From contig CAYNRK010000006.1 of assembly GCA_964399675.1 (NCBI GenBank), positions 1,886 to 65,885 of the forward strand: 64,000 nt of DNA, written 5' to 3'. This DNA is from an uncultured Gammaproteobacteria bacterium. Lineage in GTDB: Bacteria > Patescibacteriota > Patescibacteriia > UBA9934 > GWF2-40-263. Below are positions 1 through 9,890 of the stretch, one piece after another. Both the position numbers and the translations under genes were made by a program. Position 1 is the first letter of the stretch. Each line of letters starts with the position of its first letter. The notes under the pieces are model-generated. The model was not told the origin of the DNA, ran no database searches, and worked only from the letters and a program-made list of their open reading frames with translations.

Positions 1-1259
1 CTTACTAAAAGTTCCTCTGCTCTCATTGGCTCAGCCATCACATCTTTAACCACTTTTTCCATTCTGGCAGACTGGGAACCTTTGATCAAAACTATATCAC
101 CTTTATTAATTTCTCTATCAAGCCACCGCCCGGCTTCCACAGGATCTTCAAAGTGTTCTGTATGATCCTTAGGAATCCCTGCTTCAATTGCGCCACGGCG
201 AATATCGCGCGACATCTCTCCAACTGTTAGCAACAAATCTGTTCCTGCCTCAGCTGCTCGCATCCCAAGCATTCTGTGCTCCTCCTCTGTGTATTGTCCA
301 AGCTCGGCCATGTGTCCTAAAACAGCAATCCGTTTTGCACTTTCCTCAGGTGAAAATGCATTAAGCACTTCAAGAGCCGCTGCCATAGAAGCCGGTGCTG
401 CGTTATAAGAATCATCCAAAATTAACGAACCTTTAATACCGGGGATCGGCATCATTCTGCCTGGTTCATGTTTCACTTTATTAACCGCACGCGAAATTTT
501 ATCATTTTCAATACCAAAATGTTTTGCAACAGCAATTGCCGCAAGAATGGACTTAACCGCTGCTTTGCCTAAGATATTATGAATCTCAAGATTTATTGTG
601 TTATGTGCTGAAGTTTCTACCGTAACATTAACAGTTGAAAATTGTTCGCCGGGCTCAAATGAAAAGTCCTGTCGAGTTGATAACTGATAATCAACCGCTT
701 TAACATCAGCGCTTGCAGAAAATCCAAACTTCACAATAGGCGCGTGTGCATGTTTTGATGCACCAATAATTCTCTTATCATCGCCATTTAAAACTACAAG
801 TCCATTATCCGGTACATACTCAAGTAGGTGTGCTTTTTCTTCCAACAGTTCATTAACGGAACGAAAGTTCTCAACATGAACAGGAGAAATTTCTGTCATG
901 ACCGCAACGTTTGGCTGAGCGATTTGACCCAGATAACTCATGTCACCGGGATTATCAATTCCATACTCAAGAACAAAAACTTGTGGAACTTTTTTTGGTT
1001 TTAGAAAGAGAACTCTTAACCAGCCAAAAATTGATCTACCGGGCGACTTACAACCCAGAATCGTCAGTGGAACACCAAACTCGTTATTGTAATTTTCAAT
1101 AGTAGTTCCAACTGTAAATTTTTGTGACATAAGCGCCACAATGGCATTTCTGGTTGAAGTCTTGCCAACTGACCCTGTAACAGCAATCACGATTGGCTTA
1201 TGCTCTTGGATCAGTTTTATTGCCTTTTTTCTGATTTGTTCTTGAATGAGTTTTTTCAT
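1..1259 (-). CDS. murF: UDP-MurNAc-tripeptide--D-Ala-D-Ala ligase (MurF-like Mur ligase); the window edge cuts off the C-terminus
   Basis: The reverse-strand ORF starts at the ATG at 1259-1257 (MKKLIQEQIRKK...). It has the P-loop VTGSVGKTST and the LILDDSYNA motif typical of MurF and lies directly downstream of ftsI on the same strand. It is missing from the ORF track because it runs off the window. Confidence 0.7.
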   Translation of the reverse strand, partial: MKKLIQEQIRKKAIKLIQEHKPIVIAVTGSVGKTSTRNAIVALMSQKFTVGTTIENYNNEFGVPLTILGCKSPGRSIFGWLRVLFLKPKKVPQVFVLEYGIDNPGDMSYLGQIAQPNVAVMTEISPVHVENFRSVNELLEEKAHLLEYVPDNGLVVLNGDDKRIIGASKHAHAPIVKFGFSASADVKAVDYQLSTRQDFSFEPGEQFSTVNVTVETSAHNTINLEIHNILGKAAVKSILAAIAVAKHFGIENDKISRAVNKVKHEPGRMMPIPGIKGSLILDDSYNAAPASMAAALEVLNAFSPEESAKRIAVLGHMAELGQYTEEEHRMLGMRAAEAGTDLLLTVGEMSRDIRRGAIEAGIPKDHTEHFEDPVEAGRWLDREINKGDIVLIKGSQSARMEKVVKDVMAEPMRAEELLV

Positions 1260-1294
1260 ATCTTTGAATGATTTGTCATCTCCAAGAATTATTC

Positions 1295-1386
1295 TGTCAT
1301 CTCGACTAAGCGAGCAAAGCGAGCGCACGGAGAGATCTCGCATATTCGAGATCCCTCGGCTCGGCTTTGCCTCGCTCGGGATGACA
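1295..1386. repeat. Family-A palindromic intergenic repeat, copy 1 (about 92 bp, ends TGTCATCTCGAC ... TCGCTCGGGATGACA)
   Basis: It shares ends and a central GAGATCT/AGATCTC core with the copies at 34254-34348 and 35904-35994. It lies between ftsI and murF. Confidence 0.6.
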
Positions 1387-1409
1387 CAATGATACGGTAT
1401 TACAATTTA

Positions 1410-3182
1410 TTATTCTAAATTTCTTACTGGAGGAATCTCAAAGTACTGTAGCAGAAATTCGGCCAAATCCCCAAACAATGGAGCGGCCGTAGATTCTGCC
1501 CATATAACATCTTTTGGATTATCAATTCTTACAATCATTGCAAACTTTGGATTTTCAACAGGACCAAATCCGACAAATGAACCAATTGTGTAATCCTCGC
1601 TATACCCTATTCCGTCTTTTTTCGGCACCTGCGCGGTTCCTGTTTTCCCTGCAATATAATATCCATCAACACCTGCCCGACGCCCATGCCCGCGTTCAAT
1701 CACAGAAACCAACATGGCACCTAACAGACGAGAAGTTTTTGAATCAATAACTTGGGCAATGTCTTTGGAAGAAGTTTTCTCAATTGTTCCATCAGAATGA
1801 CGAACCTCCTCAACAATGTATGGACGTTTAAGCACGCCCCCATTGGCAATCGCGGCAAAGGCTGAAACTATTTGAATTGGTGTTGTTGTGATCCCTTGTC
1901 CAAATGTAGCTGTGGCTGAATAAATCTCTGATTCATTTTCAAGAGAAGAAACATCTCCGGTAAGTTCTTTTTCAAGTTCTATCTCAGTTTTTTTTCCAAA
2001 TCCAAATTTGGAAACATATTCTTTAAACACATCTGTACCCATTTGTCGCATTGAAAAAATCATCCCTGTATTAATTGATTCTTCCAAAACCTTTGTCATA
2101 TCAACCAACCCATAAGATTTACCTTCTGCGTTTCCCAAAGGCTTTGGCCAACCATCAACCATAACGGATCCGGTGTCTTTAAACTGTGTTGTTGGAGTTA
2201 CTGCTTCAACATCAAGCGCAGCTGCCATGGTTATTGGTTTAAAAATTGAACCAGGCTCATAAGCATCAAAAATAGCCGGATTGTTAAATGAATTGATATC
2301 ATCGATTTCAAAATAAGTATTTGGATCAAAATCAGGCGCACCGCACATGGCTAAAATTTTTCCAGAATGCGGTTCCATAATAATGACAGATCCGGAATCC
2401 GCACCGTGTTTTTTAACGGATTTTTCAAGTGTTGAGCAGGCTTTGTATTGAATAGTGCGATCAAGAGTCAATACCAAATCAACACCATCAACAGCAGGTT
2501 CAATAGACCGCTCAGCAACAGCAATAAGTCGCCCGGCAATGTCGCGCTCAGATTGAATAAATCCTGTTGTGCCGGCAAGAAGTTTGTTGAAATATCCCTC
2601 AAGCCCATATTTCCCGGACTTGGAACCATCTTCATTTGAACCCAAAAAACCAATCACATGTCCGCTCATAAAAGGTTCGGGATAGATGCGAGTTTCCTCT
2701 CGAACATAATTTATACCGGGCAAATCTAATTCCAGAAGTTTTGCAAGCAATTCATCTGAGACTTCTCGTTCAATAGGTTCATAAGGATCGTCCTTTTGAT
2801 CTAAACGTTTTTCAAGCGCCTCGATCTTGTCAATATCATAATCAAAAATCTCAGCAAGTGCCTCTGCAGTGTCATCTGCTCGATCAATGTGTCGCGGATC
2901 AGCGTAAACAAAAGCGAGACGCTGGTTGGTTGCAATTGGAACCAACTTTTCGTCTTTAAGATCGTGAATGTAAATGCTGCCGCGTTCAGGATTTAATTCT
3001 TGAAAAATCTCATGTTGTCCGCTTGCAACAGCTTCATAAAAACCATGATCAATTACTTGTAAAATAATTAAACGAATTCCAATTGCACACGCAAACAAAA
3101 GTACGCATATTCGAAATGCTTCAATGCGCCAATCATTTGATTTCGATTGTTTTTTCTTCCAGCTCGGTTCTCTTTTACTCAT
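1410..3182 (-). CDS. ftsI: Peptidoglycan D,D-transpeptidase (FtsI/PBP2-type penicillin-binding protein)
   Basis: It has an N-terminal TM segment and the motifs SIFKP (SxxK), SIN-like and KTGTA. It is 590 aa and sits in a dcw-type position upstream of murF. Confidence 0.8.
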   Translation of the reverse strand: MSKREPSWKKKQSKSNDWRIEAFRICVLLFACAIGIRLIILQVIDHGFYEAVASGQHEIFQELNPERGSIYIHDLKDEKLVPIATNQRLAFVYADPRHIDRADDTAEALAEIFDYDIDKIEALEKRLDQKDDPYEPIEREVSDELLAKLLELDLPGINYVREETRIYPEPFMSGHVIGFLGSNEDGSKSGKYGLEGYFNKLLAGTTGFIQSERDIAGRLIAVAERSIEPAVDGVDLVLTLDRTIQYKACSTLEKSVKKHGADSGSVIIMEPHSGKILAMCGAPDFDPNTYFEIDDINSFNNPAIFDAYEPGSIFKPITMAAALDVEAVTPTTQFKDTGSVMVDGWPKPLGNAEGKSYGLVDMTKVLEESINTGMIFSMRQMGTDVFKEYVSKFGFGKKTEIELEKELTGDVSSLENESEIYSATATFGQGITTTPIQIVSAFAAIANGGVLKRPYIVEEVRHSDGTIEKTSSKDIAQVIDSKTSRLLGAMLVSVIERGHGRRAGVDGYYIAGKTGTAQVPKKDGIGYSEDYTIGSFVGFGPVENPKFAMIVRIDNPKDVIWAESTAAPLFGDLAEFLLQYFEIPPVRNLE

Positions 3183-4392
3183 ACAAAATATCTAACCCAA
3201 ATCCAAAGAGTGATCCCCTTCCAGTAGGACTTCTCCCGGCAAGCACTTCCTCACCATCTGAAATTCCATCCCCATCTGTATCTGGATTGTTTGGATTAGA
3301 CCTATAAAAAATTTCTAAAATGTCTGTAAGCCCATCTCCATCCGCATCAAAATTTGCCTCAACTTTTTGTACTGGCAAACGCACATTAACTGAAGATATT
3401 ATATTTTGATTTAAACGAGATACGGAAGATTGTGTTAAAGCTTCCGGTAGGTTTGCTAAAATCGTTGCTAAAATATCTTTGAATTTAATAGGTTGTTCTG
3501 GTTTCTTAACAGTGACTGATTTATTAAATTCAGAAAGCTCAACTTTGATATCAATTGGAACAAGATCAGATGATGCTTCTGTTGTAAAAGCACCTGCTGC
3601 TTGAACGCGATACAATAAATGGTCCTCAACACCGATCCACAATCTCATTGTTAACCGTTCCAATTGTGCAGCACGACGATTTACAAAAAGACGTTCAGCA
3701 TCTGTTGGCTCTCTACCTTCTTTTGCTCGAACCAGATCTAACAAAAACGACTGTAATGCTTCTTTATCAAATCGCGCATCCAAAATTCTTACTTTCTTTT
3801 CATCTATTGTTTCTGTTAGACCATCAAACGTAACTAAGAAAATGTCAGCGAATCTTAAAACATAACGAAAACGTTCGATTGCTTTTGGCGTCCAAACAGA
3901 TGTTGATGTTGATGCTTCCATTGGTAAATCAATCCCTGGTAGGATTGATCCCCAGGATCTAAGCTCGCCTGGCTCAAAAACAATCCAGGTTTCTTCTTTT
4001 TCAAATTCCACTCCAGAAATTTCCGGTGCTGGTGCACGATAGGTTAGATAAATCTTTTGGTCTTTTGAACGAATCTCGCCGGAAAGGTCTGTAAAGTTTT
4101 CAGTTCTTGTTAAATGCTTAGCATCAAATGTTGTTTTATGCTCAATCTTGGTTAGATCAGAAATGTAAACATCTGATGTTGTGAAAACGGTTGTAATATC
4201 CCGAACAGCATCTCCTTGACGCGTCCAACCAAACAAAGATTCCTGATGAAAACTTTCAAGCTCAGACATGGCAATCAACATTTTCTTCATCTCCACTTCC
4301 GGATGAAATTCAGAAAACACAACCCAAGATGCAAATGTTACAGATAACACCACTGCCACGCCAATTAAAATAAAAATAAGGCTTTTATGCAT
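3175..4392 (-). CDS. Hypothetical membrane-anchored protein with a C-terminal DxDxDG (thrombospondin-3-like Ca-binding) repeat region
   Basis: I chose the start at ATG 4392 ([17 protein letters not shown]). The ORF-track N-terminal extension to 4482 is encoded by MITE copy 1. The C-terminus reads DADGDGLTD...[12 protein letters not shown]. Confidence 0.5.
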   Translation of the reverse strand: MHKSLIFILIGVAVVLSVTFASWVVFSEFHPEVEMKKMLIAMSELESFHQESLFGWTRQGDAVRDITTVFTTSDVYISDLTKIEHKTTFDAKHLTRTENFTDLSGEIRSKDQKIYLTYRAPAPEISGVEFEKEETWIVFEPGELRSWGSILPGIDLPMEASTSTSVWTPKAIERFRYVLRFADIFLVTFDGLTETIDEKKVRILDARFDKEALQSFLLDLVRAKEGREPTDAERLFVNRRAAQLERLTMRLWIGVEDHLLYRVQAAGAFTTEASSDLVPIDIKVELSEFNKSVTVKKPEQPIKFKDILATILANLPEALTQSSVSRLNQNIISSVNVRLPVQKVEANFDADGDGLTDILEIFYRSNPNNPDTDGDGISDGEEVLAGRSPTGRGSLFGFGLDILYE

Positions 4393-4544
4393 GAGACCGT
4401 TGAAATACTCCAGTGCGAGGTCAAAGTGAGGAATTTTTTTCAGAGATCGTTTCAGGATGACGAGGCGATATGGACATATCATTGAGGAATCATAAAACGA
4501 TCTCTGGGAAAAATAACCGCTTTGGAGCCGTGCTGGAGTATTTC
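4393..4544. mobile_element. Family-C MITE-like element, copy 1 (about 152 bp, 21-bp TIR GAGACCGTTGAAATACTCCAG, nested inner 12-bp inverted repeat)
   Basis: It is near-identical to 15517-15677. The terminal inverted repeats and an internal CAGAGATCGTTT...AAACGATCTCTG palindrome are visible. Confidence 0.65.
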
Positions 4545-4587
4545 AACGGTCTCCATAGCCCTATTTTACCTTTTTGTATCGATTTCG

Positions 4588-5040
4588 TTAAATTTCTGAA
4601 ATATCATCTTCTGAGAGAATTTTTCCAAAATACACACCAGCCTCTCCGGTATTCTCATTGCTTATCAAACGCAATGTTTGACCGTCTTTTGATTGATAGT
4701 CTGTAAACAAATAACGATCATCCTCTTCTGTTTCTGAATCGCCTTCAATTGCAGTTACGTTACCTGCATCCTCGTAATTAAATTCGAATTCCTTTCCCTG
4801 ATACAAAATCACATCAGATGGTTCAACCTCGTCGTGAACGCGATCAAAAAGGATAAGTTCCTCGGTATCAGGCGCAACAGAAAGAAGTCCTTCATTATCA
4901 TTGTAAAGCCAAAATATTTTTGTTCCATCATCAAGCGTTACTTCTGCACGGCCCATGTATTGGAACGGTTGATTTAAAACGCTGACTGATTCGCCAAGCT
5001 CTGTTAAAAGAAGTTGTGAAATATTCATAAATTGAATCAC
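4588..5040 (-). CDS. Hypothetical acidic protein (150 aa)
   Basis: It is a clean ORF with host-like AT-rich composition. I recognise no motif. Confidence 0.4.
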   Translation of the reverse strand: MIQFMNISQLLLTELGESVSVLNQPFQYMGRAEVTLDDGTKIFWLYNDNEGLLSVAPDTEELILFDRVHDEVEPSDVILYQGKEFEFNYEDAGNVTAIEGDSETEEDDRYLFTDYQSKDGQTLRLISNENTGEAGVYFGKILSEDDISEI

Positions 5041-5209
5041 CGGAGAAATTCCTCCTTAGTTTTGTATTCTTCGCCGATTATACTCACAAGTTGAAAATAA
5101 GTAAATCCTGTTTTCCCCAAATTTTTTTATTTTCAAATATGTGTAATTTTTTGACTATTTTTAGCCAAAACCACTTATCCTTCCGAAGCTCCAAAGGAGC
5201 GAAGGAGGG

Positions 5210-5238
5210 TTGACAAAAGTGCATTTTTGTGGTATCAT
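5210..5238 (+). promoter_or_regulatory. Sigma70-type promoter TTGACA-17-TATCAT for cassette 1
   Basis: TTGACA is at 5210-5215, the spacer is exactly 17 nt, and TATCAT is at 5233-5238. Confidence 0.5.
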
Positions 5239-5281
5239 TTTGCGTCATCCTGATTTCGATTGGGATACGCTCTGGGCCTTG

Positions 5282-5362
5282 GTCGAGCTCAACTCGACCT
5301 TGTAGCCCACTTTCCAACCGGGTCTTGTCGAGCTCAGCTCGACTCAGTGCCCCTTTCCAACA
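5282..5362 (+). promoter_or_regulatory. Two tandem copies of a hairpin-forming leader unit (GTCGAGCTCARCTCGAC + GCCCmCTTTCCAAC) in the 5' UTR of cassette 1
   Basis: Units are at 5282-5319 and 5327-5364. Each begins with a near-perfect palindrome and the second is followed by the SD AGGAGG at 5362-5367. Confidence 0.45.
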
Positions 5363-5372
5363 GGAGGAGACC

Positions 5373-6170
5373 ATGGGTCTTCGAACCAACGAGCGACTGG
5401 ATGACCTATGCACCACCGGGAGCTTGCTCTGGGAGCACGTCAAGGATCCGAGAGAGCCCGGACGAGACGGCCTGCTCAAGCGCGCGTTCCGTGTCGCGGA
5501 GTACAGGAACGTCGTGATCGAGCTGCCGGCCGGCGCCGTCGTCGAGCTGGTTGACACCGAGTTCGAGGGTGCCGGCACCTACTTCCACACCGAGGTCTTC
5601 GGAGTCAATCTGCACTTCCGGGACGGGCTCAAGCCCACGGCTGGTGAAGTCGTGATCTGCGACGTCCAGATCTACCTCGAGACCTGGGAGCCGGACTGGA
5701 GCGAGTTGAGCGAGGCCGAGCGGCGCAGGAGGCGTGGCTATCGGAACTACAAGTTCAAGCTCAACGCGACCCCGTGTGCCAAGTCGGACGCCCAGGCAAG
5801 GATGCGCTTGCACATCCGTGACGTGAACGCGGATGGCTACACGCGCATGCACAAGGACATCACAGGGGACGGAGAGCGCTTCGCGCACATGTCCCCGGAC
5901 TGGAAGCCGGACGGCTCCAAGCCCTGGGCCAGGAACCAGGACCTCCAGCTCCTGCAGATCCGGACCAAGGCCGGCAAGGGCGGTGGCAGTGGCAAGGCCG
6001 ACAAACCGGAGACCAAGGCCGGCAAGGGCAAGGGCAACGGCAAGGACAAGCCGCCGCAGAGGACCGAAGCCCAGGTCGTGCGTGAGGTCGACGGCGAGGC
6101 CAGGACGTCCATGCGCGACCTCTTGCGCAACGTCGTCCTTCCCACCACGACCACCCCCTCGGGCTCCTGA
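5373..6170 (+). CDS. Hypothetical protein, strongly GC-rich foreign gene (266 aa, Lys/Gly-rich C-terminal tail)
   Basis: ATG at 5373 lies 5 nt after AGGAGG. GC is about 65% by eye against an AT-rich host, with GC3-rich codons. The antisense ORFs here are high-GC artifacts. Confidence 0.6.
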   Translation: MGLRTNERLDDLCTTGSLLWEHVKDPREPGRDGLLKRAFRVAEYRNVVIELPAGAVVELVDTEFEGAGTYFHTEVFGVNLHFRDGLKPTAGEVVICDVQIYLETWEPDWSELSEAERRRRRGYRNYKFKLNATPCAKSDAQARMRLHIRDVNADGYTRMHKDITGDGERFAHMSPDWKPDGSKPWARNQDLQLLQIRTKAGKGGGSGKADKPETKAGKGKGNGKDKPPQRTEAQVVREVDGEARTSMRDLLRNVVLPTTTTPSGS

Positions 6171-6198
6171 GCCGCAAGGCTCTTCCCGCAAGGGATCT

Positions 6199-6247
6199 GA
6201 CGCCGCCAGCAACTCTCGCTGGCGGCGTCTTAATTTTCAAAAATTTT
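6199..6247 (+). terminator. Intrinsic terminator of cassette 1
   Basis: A perfect 12-bp stem GACGCCGCCAGC-aactctc-GCTGGCGGCGTC is followed by TTAATTTTCAAAAATTTT. Confidence 0.6.
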
Positions 6248-6252
6248 CCATC

Positions 6253-6445
6253 AACCTCCGACGAACCCCCAGGCCACCACCAACAGGTACGTTGTATAAT
6301 TTCGCCAGCACGAGCGAAGCGAGTCTGCCGAAATTATACAACGTGACTGTCCCCCATAATTCTCTACGAAGTCTGCCCGCAGCTCAGCTGCGGGCAGACT
6401 TTTCTAACCCCCCCCTTAATCCCCCCTTGAAAAGGGGGGAACTTC
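6253..6445. repeat. Family-B leader-like repeat, copy 1 (orphaned): CCTCCGACGAAC..., a long perfect hairpin ACGTTGTATAATTTCG/CGAAATTATACAACGT, and a G/C-rich distal hairpin
   Basis: It aligns with 44600-44775 and 48171-48400. On the minus strand it reads extended -10 (TTGTATAAT), hairpin, then GGAGG. Confidence 0.6.
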
Positions 6446-6447
6446 GA

Positions 6448-6975
6448 TTAAATCTTATACAAATACAAATTTGGTGAACCTTTGATCTCGTCAACTTTTA
6501 CAGAATCCCATTCAGGAATTGGCCAAACATAACTTACAACTTTGGTGCCCGGCTTTAACTCCTTTTCCAACTTTGGTTTAATTTTTTTGTAAGTTTCAGG
6601 CATTAAAAAAAGATAGACTGCTGTGTAGTCAGAAAGATCATGAGCAAATGCATTTGATAAAACTATTCTTACTTGACTATGTTTTCCAAAAAAATTCTGA
6701 AACTTTCCAATTAAAACTTGCAAAATGGAAAGCTCCACTCCGGTCGAAGCTGCGCCTGTATTTTTTGAAAGATGCCTGCAAACCCTGCCGTTTCCGCAAC
6801 CTAACTCAACAAACCGATCGTCTTTATTAAGTTCTAACAAATTCTCAATACGTTTTAAATCACGTTTCCACGTTGGCACCCATGGCGCTCCTGAAATCCC
6901 AGCGTATGCTGCTGAGATAAGTAGAATCATGAATATAACAAAAAGAAAAGTCCACATAATAAACAAGAATAACAC
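6448..6975 (-). CDS. Class I SAM-dependent methyltransferase with an N-terminal TM anchor
   Basis: It has the motif I VELGCGNG. It is a paralog of 15696-16238 and both end in LYLYKI. Confidence 0.6.
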   Translation of the reverse strand: MLFLFIMWTFLFVIFMILLISAAYAGISGAPWVPTWKRDLKRIENLLELNKDDRFVELGCGNGRVCRHLSKNTGAASTGVELSILQVLIGKFQNFFGKHSQVRIVLSNAFAHDLSDYTAVYLFLMPETYKKIKPKLEKELKPGTKVVSYVWPIPEWDSVKVDEIKGSPNLYLYKI

Positions 6976-7040
6976 AGGTTCACTTGATCGATAAGATCAT
7001 TTCGTTTATCATCTTTATCATTAAACTTAAAAATAAAATC

Positions 7041-7778
7041 ATGAAACCTTTTTTGATATTACAACTAAGACCTGAAAACCCAACATCTGATAATGAATTT
7101 GAGGCAATTGTAAATTTTAGCGGCCTTGATGAATCAGAAACTCATAGAATTAGAATGGAACAAGGTGGTCTGCCAGAAATAAATCTTAATGATTATTCTG
7201 GAATCATTGTTGGAGGCGGGCCATGGAACGTAAGCGATGATCAATCAAAAAAATCTAAAGAACAAAAAAACGCAGAAGTTTGGCTTGATAAATTAATTGA
7301 TGAAGTTATTGAAAAAGATTTTCCATTTCTTGGAGCTTGCTATGGATTTGGTGCGCTGGCCATAAAAAATAACGGCGTGGTAAATAAGGAACAATACACT
7401 GAGGAACCTAGTGCTATTGATATTACACTGACAGATGAAGCAAAAAACGACCCTTTGTTGCAAGGGCTTCCTGAAACATTTCGCGCAATGGTTGGTCACA
7501 AAGAATCTTGTCAAAAACTTCCTGAAAATGCTGTCTGGCTTGCCAGGGCTGAGGCATGTCCTTATGAAATGTTTCGTATTGGAAAAAATATTTACGCAAC
7601 GCAGTTCCATCCTGAACTAGAAACAGAGGGTTTTTGTCTTCGTGTTGAAATTTATAAAAATGCTGGCTATTTTCCACCAGAGGATGCTGAAAAATTAAAA
7701 GAAGAAGCAAGAAAAGAAAACATCATTGTGCCAATGATGCTATTAAAAAAGTTTATTGATACTTATCGATCTGAATAA
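7041..7778 (+). CDS. Class I glutamine amidotransferase-like protein
   Basis: The start is ATG at 7041 (MKPFLIL). It has the GATase1 nucleophile elbow GACYGFGA and a His later (FHPE). Confidence 0.55.
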   Translation: MKPFLILQLRPENPTSDNEFEAIVNFSGLDESETHRIRMEQGGLPEINLNDYSGIIVGGGPWNVSDDQSKKSKEQKNAEVWLDKLIDEVIEKDFPFLGACYGFGALAIKNNGVVNKEQYTEEPSAIDITLTDEAKNDPLLQGLPETFRAMVGHKESCQKLPENAVWLARAEACPYEMFRIGKNIYATQFHPELETEGFCLRVEIYKNAGYFPPEDAEKLKEEARKENIIVPMMLLKKFIDTYRSE

Positions 7779-8179
7779 TTAGAAATAAATCTAAAACAAG
7801 TTCCAATACAAATTGCTATAAGCAAAGAAATAATTGCTCTGACAACAAAAAATCTTACACTAAAATAATCTGCCTCAATAAAAAATCTTGCAGGGCCAAT
7901 AAGAGTCTGACCTGTAATAAACGCAGCAATTATACTCAATGGCATGCCTTTTTTATTAAGGTCTCTTAAAAGCGGAAGGTAAGCTAAAATTGGTCCAGGT
8001 GTTGCAACCCCAACAGCAGAAGCTTCAACAATGTTCTTTTCGTTTTCAACAAAAATTGCCTTTATCTTTTTTCTTGGCAAATAAACGCTAATAATTTGTG
8101 AAACAATAATCGCAATAATAACAACTGGCAAAATGTCAATGAAATTTTCTATTGCAGTTTTAAACAATTCAAAAATCAT
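7763..8179 (-). CDS. Putative permease, C-terminal half (polytopic membrane protein)
   Basis: It is a 138-aa hydrophobic ORF translationally coupled to 8176-8589. Confidence 0.4.
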   Translation of the reverse strand: MIFELFKTAIENFIDILPVVIIAIIVSQIISVYLPRKKIKAIFVENEKNIVEASAVGVATPGPILAYLPLLRDLNKKGMPLSIIAAFITGQTLIGPARFFIEADYFSVRFFVVRAIISLLIAICIGTCFRFISNYSDR

Positions 8180-8589
8180 AAAAACATTTCAAGTAAGAAA
8201 CCACCAAGGGTTATGAAAATCACACTAAGAATCATTCTGGTGCTGTAAAATTTAATTCCAAAATATTTAATTTCCGCAATATCTCTAATAACAGACTCGC
8301 TAATTGTTTCTCCTGCAATCAATGCAAAAACAACTCCAAAAGAAGCCCCCTTTAAAAACAAAGCGTATGCAATTGGATATGTAACATATCTTGGAATTGG
8401 AAGAACTACTCCCAAAAACGCTGCTATTGGAATTGCAATCCAAACACTATTTCCAAGCAATATGTTCAAAGAACCTTCAGGTAAATATATTTCGATAATT
8501 GCCCCAGCAAAAACTGCAACAAAAAATATGGGCAAAATAAAACCCAATTCTTTTATGGACCCTGTTGCAATTGCTTTGACTTTACTCAT
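8176..8589 (-). CDS. Putative permease, N-terminal half (polytopic membrane protein)
   Basis: It is hydrophobic throughout (137 aa). It overlaps the next ORF by 4 nt (ATGA), which suggests a two-part permease or a split gene. Confidence 0.4.
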   Translation of the reverse strand: MSKVKAIATGSIKELGFILPIFFVAVFAGAIIEIYLPEGSLNILLGNSVWIAIPIAAFLGVVLPIPRYVTYPIAYALFLKGASFGVVFALIAGETISESVIRDIAEIKYFGIKFYSTRMILSVIFITLGGFLLEMFL

Positions 8590-8607
8590 TAAACCATTAT
8601 ATCAAAT

Positions 8608-9615
8608 TTAATAATCTAGACCTTCTCTAGCCTTCACCCCTGAATAAAAATAATGATTTCGAAGTTTCATTTCAGTAACAAGATGAGCTGCATCTAAAAA
8701 CTCTTGCGGAGCATTGCGGCCGGTCATAATAAGCTCGGTTGTTTTTGGTTTAAGAGAAAGGATTTCTAACACTTCTTTAACTGACAGCATATTGAGATCT
8801 GTTGTTGAATTGATTTCGTCCATAATCACAAGATCATAATTTTGTTCAAACATTTTTTTGACTTCTTCCAGTCCCCGCCTTGCTTCTGCTTTATCAATGT
8901 CCTGAATTGAAAAATCAAACCTGCCGGTTTTTGGATCAATTCTGTCGCGGCCGGTTGCCAAATAATCAATTTTATTTTTTTCTAAAGCACTGCGCTCTGA
9001 GTAATGCGCTTCCCCACCCTTATCAAAATATACGATCCCAACTTTCTTTCCCGCACCTGTTGCGCGAATTGCTGTTCCCAAACTAGCAGTTGTTTTTCCT
9101 TTTCCATTTCCAGTATAAATTTGAATTAATCCGTAACCTTTGTGGCCTTTTATTGATTCTCCGGAACTTATTAACAAACCTTCACTCTCCTGAATTTTTC
9201 TTGCTGCTCGTGCGGGTTTCTCCTGAATGTCATCAGGTAAAGGCTTGCGAAGATCGATCCAGGTAAATTCATTGTGCTCGTGCGACAACTTAACCTCAAC
9301 ATCCTGAATTGGAAGAACGTAAAAAATTCCAATGATTGGTTCGTTTTCAACATCACCCTTAACTCCCCAAAGATCCACATGAACCGGTCTTGCATTTGTT
9401 GGATCGATTGTAATTCCAGTTTCCTCAAAGACTTCACGTTTCAGACAATCTCCTGGTTTTTCACTTTTGTCCATACGCCCGCCAGGCAATGTCCATTCTT
9501 TTGTCCGCCAATGCACACCTTCCCCACTTTCACGAATAAACAAAACTTTTCCTTGCGGATTCATTAGCAGTACTTTATTAGCAACGTATTTTTTTTCCAT
9601 ATATTTCTTTTGCAA
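8608..9615 (-). CDS. Fusion protein: N-terminal NUDIX hydrolase plus C-terminal cob(I)alamin adenosyltransferase (CobA/CobO/BtuR family)
   Basis: The Nudix box is GGRMDKSEKPGDCLKREVFEETGI. The C-terminal half has the P-loop GNGKGKTTASLG and a VIMDEI...MTGR architecture typical of CobA/CobO. Confidence 0.6.
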   Translation of the reverse strand: MQKKYMEKKYVANKVLLMNPQGKVLFIRESGEGVHWRTKEWTLPGGRMDKSEKPGDCLKREVFEETGITIDPTNARPVHVDLWGVKGDVENEPIIGIFYVLPIQDVEVKLSHEHNEFTWIDLRKPLPDDIQEKPARAARKIQESEGLLISSGESIKGHKGYGLIQIYTGNGKGKTTASLGTAIRATGAGKKVGIVYFDKGGEAHYSERSALEKNKIDYLATGRDRIDPKTGRFDFSIQDIDKAEARRGLEEVKKMFEQNYDLVIMDEINSTTDLNMLSVKEVLEILSLKPKTTELIMTGRNAPQEFLDAAHLVTEMKLRNHYFYSGVKAREGLDY

Positions 9616-9680
9616 AGTGTAGCAAAAAACAAGCTTAAATTAAATCCACAACCACAATCTAATCTTACATACCAAATCAC

Positions 9681-9706
9681 ATTTAAGTGACGGCCGTAAC
9701 TTAAAT
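9681..9706. promoter_or_regulatory. 26-bp near-perfect palindrome ATTTAAGTGACGGCCGTAACTTAAAT about 70 bp upstream of the Nudix-CobO gene
   Basis: It has dyad symmetry and sits in the promoter region. This is a candidate operator. Confidence 0.3.
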
Positions 9707-9890
9707 GAAACTTTTAAAATTTTTTAAATTCAAAATACTCTCCCTTCCATAAACGGTTGGGAGATTTTTGTTGAGTTTTGAAATCCGTGGGCCTGGCGTA
9801 GTGCGTTGTACGGGACCATACGTAATACCTGTGGAGTAAACACAGAAAATAAGATACGCTGGTGATGACATTTTTTAATAATCACAGCGT

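Noticed and set aside
4393-4482. ORF-track N-terminal extensions ([16 protein letters not shown]..., MISHWSIPTVSNIVV...) of the genes at 3175-4482 and 14925-15548
   Set aside because: They are encoded by the family-C MITE copies. True starts are the ATGs at 4392 and 15503, which are followed by a TM segment or a conserved ExoI motif.
6199-6229. Integron attC-like site after the GC-rich cassette
   Set aside because: The hairpin is a simple perfect stem with a T-tract, typical of an intrinsic terminator. It lacks the R''/L'' core sites and extrahelical bases of attC, and there is no integrase.
5406-6477. Long antisense and alternate-frame ORFs (5406-6212 minus, 5833-6477 plus, 5837-6154 minus, 5860-6240 minus) inside GC-rich cassette 1
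   Set aside because: High-GC DNA produces long spurious ORFs in several frames. Only the plus-strand frame has an SD, a promoter, GC3-biased codons and a terminator.
7763-8589. Calling the two-ORF permease a frameshifted pseudogene
   Set aside because: The 4-nt ATGA overlap is a normal translational-coupling junction. Without homolog alignment I cannot distinguish a native two-gene arrangement from a split.
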